Below, one piece after another: positions 24,281 through 40,179 of a stretch of DNA of 64,000 nt; positions within the stretch are counted from its first letter, which is position 1; every line of letters begins with the position of its first letter. The stretch covers positions 8,308,001 to 8,372,000 of the forward strand of contig NW_027361863.1 of NCBI RefSeq assembly GCF_039654945.1, given 5' to 3'. The translations under genes were made by a program, and so were the position numbers. The notes under the pieces are model-generated. The model had not been told where the DNA came from, did no database searches, and saw only the letters and a program-made list of their open reading frames with translations. This stretch comes from Dendrobates tinctorius. Taxonomy: Eukaryota.

Positions 24281-25676
24281 ACGGTGCAAAGTCCGGGACC
24301 ATGTATAATATCATCTGCTGCTCATTCACAATCCAGAAAACTGCTATGCAAGAAAAAGCAGCCGACTTTCCCCGGCTGCCTCTTGTGAAATTGTGCACTA
24401 CCGACACTATATCCTCATATATGGGACCCACCAAAACCTGCGTGTGTGTAGCGTAATGTCACATTCTGACCATTAGATATACCATTTATTACATGCCGCT
24501 GTAGAAGAGAAACACTAGAGATCATGGATAACGTTCATAGTCAGACTGGCTGCTGCAGGCTACAGTATTGTATCCAGCCCCCTGATACAAGGATATCACT
24601 GTGGGGGTATGTACACCCCCTTTAGACTATTAACAGACTTTAGTCATCAGTGATTGAGGAGATATAGGGCCGGCCCGGCAGAACAATCTTGGGTCCATGA
24701 GAGACCTAACATACGTTTGTGTAAGAAATAGGTCATGCAAATAATGTCGGGAGAATCTGATCTTCAATAAAAGCAGTTGTGTGTGAATTACATGTCGCTG
24801 CAGAAAAGTTCTTATTTTTCTATTACACTTTTTGCAGGCAGTGCTCTGGGGTATATATTGTTGCAGCACAGATATTTAGTCCTTAACCATTCGTATCTAT
24901 TGGGCCACATCGACACAATGTGAGCAAGAAAAGTGTCCTACTGGAAAATTAAGAGACTAGGACGCAATTGCACTTTTATTTTTACCCTTAAGTGTCCACA
25001 ATATGGAATTGTGTAGCCATTTCCTGCAAAGAAGAAAAAAAAAACCCATACCAGATGTTGCTCTTACTATTTCTGTGCAGTGGCACGGTATAAACCTTGC
25101 TCTGCGTTTCATTGCATGCATTGTACACCAATATTTATTTTACAGCGGTATCTATTGGGCTGTGACTTCTCCGCACCGTGTGAACACACCTTAATCGTTG
25201 CATATTGTTTTGTTGGTTTGCAGAAAGCCAATGTGTCAATCAGACACATCTGAATGAAATTGGGCCGCAGACCGGACCAGCCGGTGGCTCTACCACCCCG
25301 CACACGATGGCTGCATTGGAATATGTGAAGCTGTCGCGCTTTGTGCGGGAGAGGCTCCAGCCAGTCTGTGCACTGCTTTCCGATCTTGCGCCATCTGACG
25401 CCACCATTATATCCACATTGTACACCGATAGGGGGTAAGTTAAACTCTTTATTAGTAGTGGAGGAGATAAATTATCCATCACCAAGGATCTAACTACTGC
25501 AAGGATCCCAAGAATGGGACTGCTGGAAACAGCCAAGGACGCTGCTCCGCTTTCTCTGTTAGTCTCATGAACAATGAGTGAAGGTCATCATCTTCGCATT
25601 GTGATGCATAAACTGACACATCCGGCCTGGCATCACTAGTGGAATAATTTACAACAAATGAAAGTCAGTCCCTGCT

Positions 25677-26005
25677 TAAAGGGAACCTGTCACCTCGTTT
25701 TGCTGCTGTGAGATGCGGACACTGCATTTCAGGGCTTATCTACAGCATTACACCCGATCCGATGGGTGTCACAGGTCTGGCGCCTCCCATCTTCATGCTA
25801 TGTCATCATGCTTGCTTTGTGCCGCGCTCCTGCGCAGGCGTACTGATCTGCCCTGTTGAGGGCCGAGTAGAGTACTGCAGTGTGCAGGTGTCGGGAAAGG
25901 TCAGAGAGGTCCAGTGCCTGCGCACTGCAGTACTTTGCTCTGCCCTCAACAGGGCCAATCAGTACACCTGCGCAGGAGCTCGGCACAAAGCAAGCAGGGT
26001 GACGA
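25677..26005. mobile_element. Kolobok/T2-type MITE fragment with internal hairpin
   Basis: TTAAAGGGAACCTGTCA terminus; imperfect inverted arms of about 80 bp across about 25810-25997. Confidence 0.5.
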
Positions 26006-28710
26006 CATGAGAATTGGGTCCAGGAGCTTTCCCATCAGACTGGTATGTGCACTCTTGTAGGGGATGAGGTCAAAAATACCATGCCTTTCCAGTGATTTTG
26101 TTTGAAATGTCATGCTCACTTCAATGGCAGACTTTCATCACAAAATGACTGTAGAAACCAAGCACAGACGCTCGGTGCACCTTCCTGATCTGGTTTCCAT
26201 CCATCTCCACCTCCCAGTGACAGCTCTGGTTTAACATGAGATAGAAGAAAAACCACAAGATGGGAAGTAGCACTTTACAGCAAGTGCCTTTGCATGGTTT
26301 GTACAGTATATAAATGGGAGAAGCAGAATAAAACCATTTATAGCAAGTCTGGCCTTCCCTTCTTGAAAGCACAGTGGTCAGCAATAATGGTTTATGCAAA
26401 TATACAAAATGCAAAGGCCAGAAGTGATAACTAGACATGGCTGACACATACCTTCTGTGGCTCCTGCCCTCTGCGAGTCTGATATGTACTTTAAGGGTTA
26501 AGTACAGTCACCCCCTGAATTTGGATGAACAATAACCACCTACTTTGCTCTTCAAACACGCTCGCAATGGAAAACCATTCAATTCTTATGTCCTTCACTA
26601 TGTATAGGGCTCTATGGTGACTCTTAAAGGAACTAAACTGCAATACCAGGCCCCCGCCATAAACAAGGGTGGCGCTGTGTAATATTGAATTTGCACGTAT
26701 GAACGCTGGCTATGTGCCATTTTACTCTTCCCATTACAACACAAGGAACTAACTATCCATTTTCTGGAATTGCAAAGGAGTCAGAACTCATTTGCCCTAA
26801 AATGTGCATTTTTTTTTTCTTTAACACTTCACAAGGCAGCTTAGATGTAGTAAAAAGATGAGGGAGGATTTTAGAATTTTTTTGTTTTTAGTTAAAGGGG
26901 GTTCTCACAATGAAGCGGATGTGACGATCCCTGGTCCTGCAGATCAAAGACATTCAGTAGGACAGCTCATCTAACCTTAGAGCAGTCCGCAGGCTGTGGC
27001 ACATGAGCAGGCCCTGGGGTGCCATGTTAGGGCATGCTGGGGGTTGTAGTTTCACAGCAGGTGCTGTACCAAGGGTTGCTGACTTCTGCATATTATATTG
27101 TTACAAAAAAGAAATAAAAAGAGATTTAAACCTACGCTACCAAACATCTGCTGAAGTGTCTTAGAATAAAGCCCTGACGTGGATGAGTGCCTGGGAGCTG
27201 GAGCAGTGCACCCACTTCTTTAGTGATGTCTGTACCTTGTGCCATCACTGGACGGGCTGCATTCCTAGTAATTAACTTGTCCTGGATATTTCTCCTTTAT
27301 GAGAAGAGACCTAGGAGCCAATAAACTTATGCACAGAGCAGCGGGCAGGGCAGGCACCAAACTGCAAAACACGCTTCAAGAAAAACAAACCGTGGTTCAT
27401 TAGTTCTTTTCACCAATGAAAAGGGGGGGGGGGGGGGGGATGGCACTCTTAAGGGTGAATGCACACGTTGCAGATTTTGCTAAATCCGCAGGTCAAATGA
27501 CCTGCGTTTTGACACCTGGTGATAGAGCAGGTGTCAAACTGCTGCGGAATCCGCACAAAGAATTGACATGCTGTGGATTTAAAACCGCAGCTAATCCGCG
27601 TGGAAAAATCCACAGCATGTGCACTGCGTTTTTCAATTTCTATAGACTATAAAAGGTACTGTACAACGCAGCAGAAAATGCTGCGGATCCGCAACATGTG
27701 CACATACCCTCAGGACTGCTACTTCCAGAAGGTGACACTAGCGTTCCAGTCCTCTTCCTCTCCTGTTTTCAGGGTCCAGGACAAGAAGTCATCCCCCTGG
27801 CGGCCATTAGTCAAGAAGGAGACATCGTTAGCGTGCCCGGAAAAAAAAAAAAAAAAAACTGCACAGGTTATCAGTGATTTGCTTTTGCGTGGAAGTTGCA
27901 AGAAAGTCAGTCGCATTGTTCTTACGGTCCACAACAGGAAAGTTGTGCAAATTGCAACCAGAACACAGTCGGTTTGGATTTTTGGTCAAAGCCGTGCCGC
28001 ACTTTATGTTGCGTGCTACATTGATGATTATTATTGCACGTAAAGTCACTCTGCTAAATGACTAATGGTAATGGCCAACGACAAAGCCAAACCCTTTCAT
28101 AAAAGTTCATCTGATTAGCAACGATTACCCAGAATTGGTAGAAAAAAAAAAAAAAAAACAATGCTAACGTCATCGATCCATTATGGTTCCCATTCCGTTG
28201 CTGCTCATTTTCCTGCCGCTGTCACTTAGATGGAAACTACACAATGTAATGTCAAAGAGGCTTGTCTCCCGACAGTAGGTAGGAAAGAAATCGGGGATGA
28301 TTTTTTTTTTTTTTTTTTGCAGATTTTTTTTTTTAGCAGCTGAACAACCCGTTTAATGAGAAGCTATCACTGGGACAAAAGTAGCTCATTTTATTGTATT
28401 TCCTTTGCTCCTGAGTATTACATTCGGTTCCAGAAATAAAGACTTTATAATGCTAGTTTTTTATGGGCATGGATCACAGGATCCTCTGGGGCAGGTCTTT
28501 AGATTTTCCTGCATAATTAGCTTGTAAGCCACTCCCCCTTGTAAAGTACCATTAAAAAATTAACACTAAATTAAAAAAAAAAAAAGGCCCATATCTCTGG
28601 ACACGTATGGCGGATTATTCACGTGAGCAGCGGGAATAAAAGGACAGACACTGGCCACCATTGGTCATGATCAATAAACACACGACACCTTGACCTTTTA
28701 CCGGTTAACA

Positions 28711-28716
28711 TTTATT
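28711..28716 (-). terminator. Candidate PI4K2A polyadenylation signal (AATAAA on - strand)
   Basis: TTTATT about 800 nt downstream of the stop codon, after unique 3'UTR-like sequence. Confidence 0.4.
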
Positions 28717-29512
28717 AAATCTGCCATAGGGTTCATGTTAAAAAGGACATCGCTTTAGCAGTAGCCTCTCTCCTTTCTTTTCACAAAAGATTTGCAGAAA
28801 CTAGAACAAATTTTATGGAGAAAGCTAAAAACAAACAAAAGAAAAAAAAAAAAACTGTCCTATCAGTTGCTTAAAAATATATATAATACAACCCTCATTG
28901 AGGGTTTAGAAACAAACTTTGGAATAAGTGCAGGGATCATGAGCGTGTCGCTCGGCATCCATCAGGTGGCAGTCTGTACAATGCGCGGATTAGCACTCTA
29001 GAACATGCACACGTTAAAATTATCACCGATGTGGCACCGCTGTTTCCAGCTATTTTCTTGCAAGGCTAGCGTGCGTAACTAGGTTCTTTCAAGTTTAGTT
29101 TATGGAAGAGACTTGTGCCCTGTGGACTTTCACACCCAGTGGAACTAGAAGTTCCAGCAATCAGTTGTAAGAGAAGGGGCCCCAGGTGCTGGCTGTAATA
29201 CGGTGTCGGGTAGTGTGGACGGTTCCCTGTGTTTAGGCATTTCTTGGATGGATTTGGTACTAGGACAATTAAAGGGAAACTTTTCCCGGGTTTTGGAAGT
29301 GGGGATTGCGCACTGGTCTCCCCGATGCCAGGTGCATGTACCCGCTATACACTCCGTGGCAGTGACTTCATTTATACTAGCGCCCCAACATCCACTTGTC
29401 AGTTCCCATCACATTTCTTTTTTTTTTTTTGTCTTGTGACATATCCGAGAAGCGGCTTTACAGCAGCACGCTGGCACCGTTGTGGCCTTCCCATACAGAG
29501 CGCCGGCGGGGA

Positions 29513-29707
<195 letters not shown>

Positions 29708-30055
29708 TCACTGCAATCCAGGCATCAGGGGATGACTCCCATCATCTTACTACTGGAAGGGGAGCCGACTCCTGTGCTCAGTGTCGCCCCCTGCCTGACT
29801 AATGCACTTTTTTTGCAGCACCATAATCAGATGAGTGCACGGGTCAGTCAGGGAGCTTATAACATGCTTGATCTAGATTCCTTCAGTATTCGCCATGGGC
29901 GACATATTCAGCCCTTTTCCACCATAATTATCTCCTGTTCGAGCAAGTTACAGCCATTGACCACTTTACAGCCATGTTTTACAATGCCCTAAAACCCTCA
30001 TGTGCTCGTAGAAAATGATCTATTCTTCCAATCATATTTGTATGTTAAATATATA

Positions 30056-30865
30056 CCGTATTTTGCGGTTTATAAGACGCATCGGATTATAAAATGCACC
30101 CCAAATTTTGAGGAGACAAATAGGAAACAATCCAAACTTTTTTTTAATAAAATGGTAGTGCTTCAATCCATGCGTCTTATTGCTTACAGGGGGTGGTGGC
30201 TGCAGTGAAGCCGGAGTGGGGCAATTCTGCGGACCCCAAACTGGGAGAAAAGGGTGTTCGGATGTGCGACGCTGTGGGTGTTAGGTGGTGCGGGCCGTGG
30301 TGGAGCAGGGTCGCTGCTGGAGGCGGCAAGAGCAGAGCGTTGCAGGCCGCAGGGTGGGATGAAGGGGTGTACGGATGTGCGACACTGCGGTGTTCGGTGG
30401 TGCGGGGGCTCCGCCGACATTTTACGAGAGCCTGGAGCCACAGTACTTCCATGATTTAATATGCGGTGGACTCCAGAAAAATGGGTGCCGGGGCGGCGCA
30501 TGCACAGATGGAGATCTCAGCACCAACATCTCGGGAGATGAGATCTTCATCTGCGCATGCGCCGCCCCGGGCAGCCATTTTCCTGGAGTCAACCGCCTAG
30601 TAAATCATGGAAGTGCTGGGGCTCCGGGCTTTCACAAAATGTCAGCGGAGCCCCCACACCACCGAACACCGCAGTGTCGTACCTCCAAACACCCCTTCAT
30701 CCCAGCCTGCGGCCAGCAACAATGCTCCACTCTTGCCTCCTCCAGCAGCGACCCTGGGACCCAGCTCCACTGCGCGGGGTAAAGTATATTCGCATTATAA
30801 GACACTCCCATTTTCCCCCCCATATTTTGGGGAAAAAAGTGCATCTTATAATCTGAAAAATACGG
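30056..30865. mobile_element. TcMar (Tc2/pogo-like) non-autonomous element with palindromic interior
   Basis: TA TSD on both sides, TIRs CCGTATTTT...AAAATACGG, internal inverted arms centred at about 30525. Confidence 0.75.
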
Positions 30866-30957
30866 TATACATATTTTTGTTATATGAAAAAAAATATATA
30901 TATTTTACCAAGAGGTTACACAGAAGAAACCATGTCACAGCTCGCTGATTTTTCTCT

Positions 30958-31275
30958 TTATATTATGTTAACCGTGGACAAAGGAACATAAAGATCTCTG
31001 GAGATGGAATTGTAACCTTGAGGTTGTTGATGTTTTTCAACAATTTTAGTTCTCCTGTCCTCAGACAGTTCACTTCTCCTCTTTCTGTTTTCCATGCTTA
31101 GTGTGACACACACAGACACACAGTGCAAAGACTGAGCCAACTTCTCCCCTTTTTACCTGGCTTCAGGTGTGATTTTCATATTGCTCACACCTGTTACTTG
31201 CCACAGGTGAGGTTGAACGAGCATCACATGCTTGAAACAAAGTTGTTTACCCACAATTTTTGAAAGGTATCAACA
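30958..31275 (-). mobile_element. Tc1 transposase N-terminal (HTH) relic
   Basis: MENRKRRSELSEDRRTKIVEKHQQPQGYNSISRDLYVPLSTV resembles the Tc1/Sleeping Beauty PAI subdomain; truncated. Confidence 0.7.
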
Positions 31276-31350
31276 ATTTTATGTTTCCTCTGTGCAACCC
31301 ACTTAGAGGTCATGGTCGCTATTGGCTGAAGCGCCTAAGGGGTTAATCTA

Positions 31351-31440
<90 letters not shown>

Positions 31441-32773
31441 CTATAGAAAACAGACATTAATATTACAATATCACAGTGATGGCAGCAAGGGGTTAATGTC
31501 ACACCCATAAATACAGTGAGGAATATCCCCCCCCCCCCTCAAAAAAATGGGTCTAGACAGGGGGGGGGGTAGAGTCAGACACCCCAACAAAATATTAGGT
31601 AGGCATTATCCGCCACTCCGCACATGACTTGTGCCCACACACCGGATGTACATTGATCGTTTAGTATAAAACATGGCGGATCCGTCTCTACCGATTTCCG
31701 CCAGCTCTTCTTTTCCCAGGATGCCAATCACATTGTCAATGGGTGCCCCAAATAAAGGGGTAACCGCGAGTATCCAATGCGTGGCAATGGTGAGGAAATG
31801 TCCCAACAGGCCTTTCTTGCCCAAGTGAATGGACCATTCCCCAATGTTCATCCTGAGCATCCTGGCTCATAAACAGAGAAACTAGATCTGCTTTGGCACA
31901 TGGGTAAAGTAGGAGAGAGGATAGGAAATCAAATTATATTTAGGGACCAGGAATAGCTGGGTGATAACAGAGGCGCAGACCTCGATCATAATGAATGCCG
32001 GGTGGTGTCCCACCATGGGGAGAATCATCTAGTCTTACAGATTTGTTTTAGTGCTGATTCTCGGCTACAAAGTCTTTTTTTTTTTTTCTTGCTGAAGAAC
32101 AGCAATCTCTAAATGAGATGAACGTTCACTGTAAACTTTACAGAAATGTACGAAGCGTGGGAAGGAATGTGACCGGCAGGGAACAGAGGGTCGCATTGTG
32201 CGCTGCGGCCGGACAAACGCTTTCCTCTAAGCGGCTGATGAGATTACATTCCTGCAGTAGGTTTCATAATACATGTTGGTGCGTTTGGGTTCTCCATCCT
32301 CTATGTGTCACTGTACATAGACTGCAGAACGAGTTACCAGTGAATCTGTCAGCAAGCGCGTCTATTGGTCCCGTCTTCTCCTAAACTATCTTCTAAGTTG
32401 TTTTTTGACCACATCAAATATTTACTTTGATGCAATCAAAGAACTGCAACTTTCTGGGATTACATAATTTATTGATTAAACTTTATTATTTTAGTAAAAT
32501 AGGGGAAAAAAAAAATAGCAATTCCGCCATTGTTACCAGCAGTGATTTTCTATTCTAGACCGTACCATGTGAATATCATGTCGACTTTACGACCACAATG
32601 ATACCAATTTTGTAGATTTTAGTACTTTCGGGGGAAATAATAATAATAATATATAATTTTTTTTTTTTTCTGAGCATTTCCGGATCTGTAACTTTTTGTG
32701 TATCTTGCTAGTACGTCCATCGAAGCTGACGTATGGGGGCTCATTTTACACAGTTTATAAGTCTTTTATTTTA

Positions 32774-33118
<345 letters not shown>

Positions 33119-34070
33119 CTAGAATACACCTGAACCCCATTATTATTATTGCTTTTATGCTTTTTCCTCCACTTTTTTCCCCAACAGCCGTTTCTGTTGA
33201 CATCATCGTATGGGAGCCTGAGTTTTACGGGTCGAGTTGCAGTTTCCATTGACGCCATTCACATTACATTATAAATTTTACAGAAAAATGTGGAAAAAAA
33301 GGCAATTCCACTGTTGCTTTTTGTTTTACACGGAGTTCATGGTGCGTTAAAATGACCCAGAAACATGAGTCCCCGGGTCAGTGCTTGTGTAGTTTTGTTG
33401 TTCTTTTTTATTATTATTTTAGTGGCTTAAAACAAATTCTGAAGATTGTAAAAAAAAAAAAAAAAAAAGTTGGTTTGCATCACTGTTTCCTGACGCTTCT
33501 AACTTTTTTATTTTCTCACTGGTGGACCTGTGTGACGGCTCGTTTTTGGGTCGCCACCAGCTGCAATGGTGAGCTATCGGCACTCTGCATTCACATTGCG
33601 AGGGGGCTGATGGGAACTCGAGAAACCCACCACCGGGATTGTGCTACTTATATATACCATAGTCAGACGCTGACGGCAGAATTTAAGTGGTTGAAATGCA
33701 GCGATGGGAGTTAGCGCTGATCGCTGCTGTTAGAGTCCGGTGTCGACTGTATAACTCCCCTCCTTAGCCCGATTCATACAATATAAGGTTTGATGGATAA
33801 GTGATAAACACTAGACGGGTGAGGGTTCAACCACTAGGACCTTCTTTAATAACAGACTCTAGTATCCTCTTCTGCTCCATTCAAACTCCATCTAGCCTCG
33901 GTCCACAGTAGGAGGACACTGATGGACGGACTGGAGCCACCCCAGTCCTGGCAATCAGTAGAGTTCCTAGCACTTGGACACCCACCGATACAGCATTAAT
34001 CACTCCAGAATAGTCCATGAAAGGATTAAAAGCCATTACTTTAGGGTGTTAAAATTTATGCAGCTACTTA

Positions 34071-34205
<135 letters not shown>

Positions 34206-34291
34206 CTACGGAGAAGAGAATGGTTACGAAAACCTAATCCAATCTTTAGTAAATGGCTGCAAACATCCATACAAACCCCTGACGTACGGAC

Positions 34292-34353
34292 CCTGGCCGC
34301 TGCGTTCTCCATGGGATAGTCGTACTTTATCAGCCAGTTGTCATTACCTCGAT
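34292..34353 (-). CDS. PI4K2A: PI4K2A exon 5
   Basis: (D)RGNDNWLIKYDYPMENAAAR (catalytic DRxxxN); 62 nt; weak GTCCGT donor followed by an 86-nt intron. Confidence 0.93.
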
Positions 34354-35262
34354 CTAAGGAGAAAGCAAATGCAATCACATGAGCGAGTCGTGCAATCATC
34401 GCCGACCATGTGTCTGCGCACAGTTTATGCATTTGTGTTCTTTTTCTCCCTCTTTCTTTACTGGAGATACTTTTGGGGCTATGGATAGGATTTGGCTGTG
34501 TCTGTGTTCCCTTTGGACTTCACTGAATAGTGATTGCACAATCTATTGCCAGGGACGGGGCGCTCCGGTTTCGGGTGTCAGTGATCAGACCCTCAACCTA
34601 ACAGACATTTATGCCATCCTCAATCTCTGAAGTCAAAAGTAGAAACGTTGCCATATGAGAGCTAAGATGAGGGGCCCACCGTGGTGCTGGAGGACTAACC
34701 GTAGACCCTGAAATTAAAGGGGTATTCCATAAATATATTGGAGATATGGGGTCCCACCAATGGCATCTGCATAGATTTTGAGAGTAGAGCCGCATCAAGC
34801 ACTGCTGTCAGCAGAGAAGTGGTCCGAATTCCCATAAAAATGAAGAGGAATAATGACCACCACTCCACTGACATCGGCGCACGTCAGGTCCCCACTGGTT
34901 GGATTTGCATCTACTCTACGTTCATGGCATATCTCGTACGTATGCTCTAAACATACAAGATCAGAATACCCCTCTAATGGACGTTCACCAATTCTAATGC
35001 TATGCTTTATTGAGTTAGCATAAGAGTCAACAAGTAGTGGCTAAGTCGTATGCAGAATGGTCACCTCACAGTGAGTGAAGATACTGAAGGTCATTGGAGG
35101 AATCTCCAATCCAGAGAACAGAGCTCTGAAATGTCAGAGCAAAATGGAACGGTAGCCCCCACGTGTACACTCTTTGTGGTATAGTGGGGCTTCTACGGCA
35201 CTAGCAGACAATGAATGGAGCGATGGACCACATGGGCAGCCACGTTCACACACGGAATTTCA

Positions 35263-35610
<348 letters not shown>

Positions 35611-36435
35611 TCACAATAAACCATTAATCAAAGATCTGGACATGATTTCAACTCTATTCAAAAAATGGAAGCGATTCACTCAAAGCTTCCTTTCACTTTT
35701 CGGTGGTCAGTATGGAAGCCTGAGAAATGTCCGAAAAGGAAATGTCGGGAGCATCCTAATGGTGCGGAGGAAAAGCCTCGATCTCTATTAGTCCAGAATG
35801 TTTTTGCGTTCGTCTGACTCTGATCCGGGATCTAAATTTTCTGTATTGTTCAGATGACAAATTGAAGGTTGTGTATTTTAATATATACACTGTGAGGGCT
35901 TGGCTCACTCAGCTGCTTGCAAAGGTAGACATAGGAATGCTTCTTGTGTAAATCACCTGAAGGTTTATTATAGCTCAGCATAAACCATGGCCTCTCTTGC
36001 AAAACGGCAAAACAAAAGATAAAGTAGAGCAAAGTCCTTGCATTGGTGGAACTCGCCCGGAGAGGACAACACAAGTCCTCAGCTCCTCCTGGAGCCACGT
36101 CTGGAGTCCTTCCTCTCCAAACACACAACACAGAGGGAAAAAAAAACCGTGGCTGAACATTTAACTCCCCAGCCATACCCTAGAGATACGCATGGCATCC
36201 ATCTCTTACCTACTCACCAAAAACCAGTCCCTTATCATGGCTGGTTAACCCCTTCAGCACACAGCATGATGGAGAGAAACTTATGGGTTTTAAGATCATG
36301 GATGAAAGCAATCTTCGTGACACATATCTCCCGTCACAAACGGTGCCAGTGACCCGGTCGCTACACATTAATATTTGAATTAATTTTCATTTAAAAATAA
36401 AATATTCTGCTGCAGTGTTTATTATGTTTCTTTTA

Positions 36436-36955
36436 GGCTATTTTCAGACATCAGTTTTTTAGCATCAGGCGCGATGCGGCGAAAAATGTAAAAGCCGGAT
36501 CCGGCGCCGGTTGCCACCGGATCCGGCTTTTATCCCAAAGACTAGCATTATCGCCGCATTGCGCCTGATAATGCCTGTCCGGCGTCTGCAAAAAACGTTC
36601 CCTGCAACGTTTTTTTTTGCAGCGCCGGAACAGCTTTTTACACAGCGCATGCCCGGACACTGAGTGTTAACCCCACAAGTGCCCGGCAAGAGAGATCTCT
36701 CTCTCTGTCGCCCGGACACTGAGTGTTAACCCCACGTGTCTCTCGCTCTCTAACCGCCACCCCTCCCCCCCATACCCTTCGGCGGCTGTCTCTCTCGTCC
36801 CCGATGTATCTTCCTCCTGCGGCTCCTTTAAATCCTGTCCGAGCCGTATCAGACGCCGCATACACATCCGGTGTCACCGCTACAGGCCGGATCCGGCGGC
36901 TCGGCTTTTCGCCGCACGCCGCCGGACCCCACACACCGGATGTCTGAAAGTAGCC
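36436..36955. mobile_element. Harbinger-type MITE (second family)
   Basis: TIRs GGCTATTTTCAGACATC / GATGTCTGAAAGTAGCC; CCGGA-rich interior. Confidence 0.65.
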
Positions 36956-37225
36956 GTACACACCGGTCATGAATACTTGATGCTAGAAATTAATTTAAGT
37001 TGAGACACTTGTCATAATACCAGAATGTGCGCTTCCTCCATGATTCAGGACTTCTGTTATTCCCATCATGAGACATAATGGCGCCTCACTAGGATCACCG
37101 GTCCCTTCCATCGCAGAATCCTCTGGGTCTCAGTGGTCAGATCCCCACAATTTGATATGAATTATGAATCCCTTTAATCCGATCCCGTCCCCACCGGGCA
37201 GCGAGACAAGTCCCCGCTTTTCCTA

Positions 37226-37516
<291 letters not shown>

Positions 37517-37545
37517 TCATGTATTAGAGCAAAGTTTATTACACA

Positions 37546-38040
37546 ACGATTCTGTGCCGTGCCAGCAGCGAGACTACGGATTCTGTGCCGTGCCAGCAGC
37601 GAGACTACGGATTCTGTGCCGTGCCAGCAGCGAGACTACGGATTCTGTGCCGTGCCAGCAGCGAGACTACGGATTCTGTGCCGTGCAAGCAGCGAGACTA
37701 CGGATTCTGTGCCGTGCAAGCAGCGAGACTACGGATTCTGTGCCGTGCAAGCAGCGAGACTATGGATTCTTTACTGTACAAGCAGCGAGACTATGGATTC
37801 TTTACTGTACAAGCAGCGAGACTATGGATTCTTTACTGTACAAGCAGCGAGACTATGGATTCTTTACTGTACAAGCAGCGAGACTATGGATTCTTTACCG
37901 TACAATACAAGCAGCGAGACTATGGATTCTTTACTGTACAAGCAGCGAGACTATGGATTCTTTACTGTACAAGCAGCGAGACTATGGATTCTTTACTGTA
38001 CAAGCAGCGAGACTATGGATTCTTTACTGTAAGAGCAGTG
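37546..38040. repeat. 31-bp minisatellite, about 16 copies, polar variant gradient
   Basis: Units change from GCAGCGAGACTACGGATTCTGTGCCGTGCCA to GCAGCGAGACTATGGATTCTTTACTGTACAA. Confidence 0.93.
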
Positions 38041-38252
38041 AAACTATGGCACCCTGTCACATGATTTTGCAATGGGTGATTCACTACAGATGTACAAAGA
38101 GGGCTTGGAAGCCTTTCTTTAAAAATATATTACAGGTTATGGGCACTAGATTGGGATTTACTGATTCAGGGAACAGGTCTGATTGCCATATGAGTCAGAA
38201 AGGATTTTTTCCCCTAATATGGAGCTTTTGGTGTCAGCCAAATGGGGATTAC

Positions 38253-39092
38253 TGTTGTGAATTCTCTTTCTGGCCTCCCTCTGGTGGTTACTGGTGGTAG
38301 TGGAGCTGGTCAGATTGACAGAGGCTTGCCACCTGATAATGATGATGACGATTGGACATCTGGGGTTTCTGACTGGTGTATTTAAGACAGCTGACTTCCT
38401 TCAATCCCTGCTGGTGATTTTCTTCCTGTGCCTTCTGAGGTCTGATGTCTCCTGCTCTGTTCCTGCATGGTTCAGCTAAGTGTTCATTTGCTAATCTTTT
38501 TGCATTTGATCTGGTTTTGTCTATCTCTGCTTTGTGCGGGTCAGCTTGCTCCTGCTGGGGCTGTGCTGGATCACCGCCCATATGTTACTGCTTGTGTCAG
38601 TTTGTTCTGTCCCCTTTTTATTGGTCTCTTTTTGCTTTGCTTTCAGTATATACCAGAGTGCTGATATAGTGGGGGGGCGAAGTCATGTGACTTCAGTGTT
38701 TTTTGTGCATCAGACATGTTGGTTTTTTCAGGGTTTTTGCATGATTGCAGACAGTGTCTTTCCTTTCCTGTCTAGTCAGTTTGGGCCCCATCATTTGCTC
38801 AGTCTATTTTTCTGCCTGTGTTTGGCTTTTCATCTTGTCTCACCGACAATATATGTTTGGGGGCTATCTATTCCTTTGGGGTCTGCTGCGGGGCAGATTA
38901 GTTTTCACCTTTCTTGCTTTAGGCTGAGTTAGTTCTCCGGCTGTGCCGAGGCGTCTAGGGCATCGTAGGTACACTCCACGGCTACTGCTAGTTGTGTGGA
39001 CAGGATCAGTTACCAACTTCGTTACCAACCTCTCTGGTTTTCTGGTGGCGTAGTCTGGTCCTGCTATCCTCCTCGGTGACCCATTCATAACA
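38253..39092. mobile_element. Solo LTR, 840 bp
   Basis: TGTTGTGAA...TTCATAACA termini (TG..CA with a short inverted repeat) and an exact GATTAC direct repeat at 38247-38252 and 39093-39098. Confidence 0.82.
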
Positions 39093-39531
39093 GATTACGC
39101 CTTCTTCTGGATCAACATGTTAGGTTATAGGTTGAATTTGTTGGACTTAAGTCTACCTTCAACATTTACAAAACCATGACACTACTGATTTAATGCACAC
39201 CTGTGTAATACTTCATTTTCCCTGTGGTGGCGCTGCAGGGAAATATTAAACATGTGCCCGGGTTTCCCCACAGATTACAGCTGGGTGCCATGTGAACCTT
39301 TACATGAAAGGAGGTTTTCCAAACCCCATTAAGGTTACATCTGACAGACAATAATTTTCTGCTGCTTGGGCATTTTCCTGGCGTCCAAACGCTTAGCCCA
39401 TTCCTACGTGATATGAGCGAGCAAAGGTGGGCTTAGCTTGGGAGCACAGGCGTTTTTGCAGCAGCATCGGATGACAAGATTGTACTGCACCCACCAAAAA
39501 GAGGCCACCATAAAGTGGCAAGAGGGGCTCA

Positions 39532-39894
<363 letters not shown>

Positions 39895-40179
39895 TCAATC
39901 ATATTACCCCTTATATCACTACGTATTTATGTGGCACCATCATCTTCCGTGAGGCTCAGCAGATTCTGAAAACATATACATTAAAAGAGAAGTAGAAAAT
40001 ATGTATTAGTGCCCTGTAAAAAAGTGCTTACAATCAAAAAGTATTGGACCACGGAGACATGAGGGGGGTGATGTCGTCTGCATGGGAGATTTGGGCCTTT
40101 ATAATTTTCTACCCATGGATGAGCAATCATTTCACATATTAGAGGGTATGTGATGAGCACTTCCATCAGGATGATCGAG

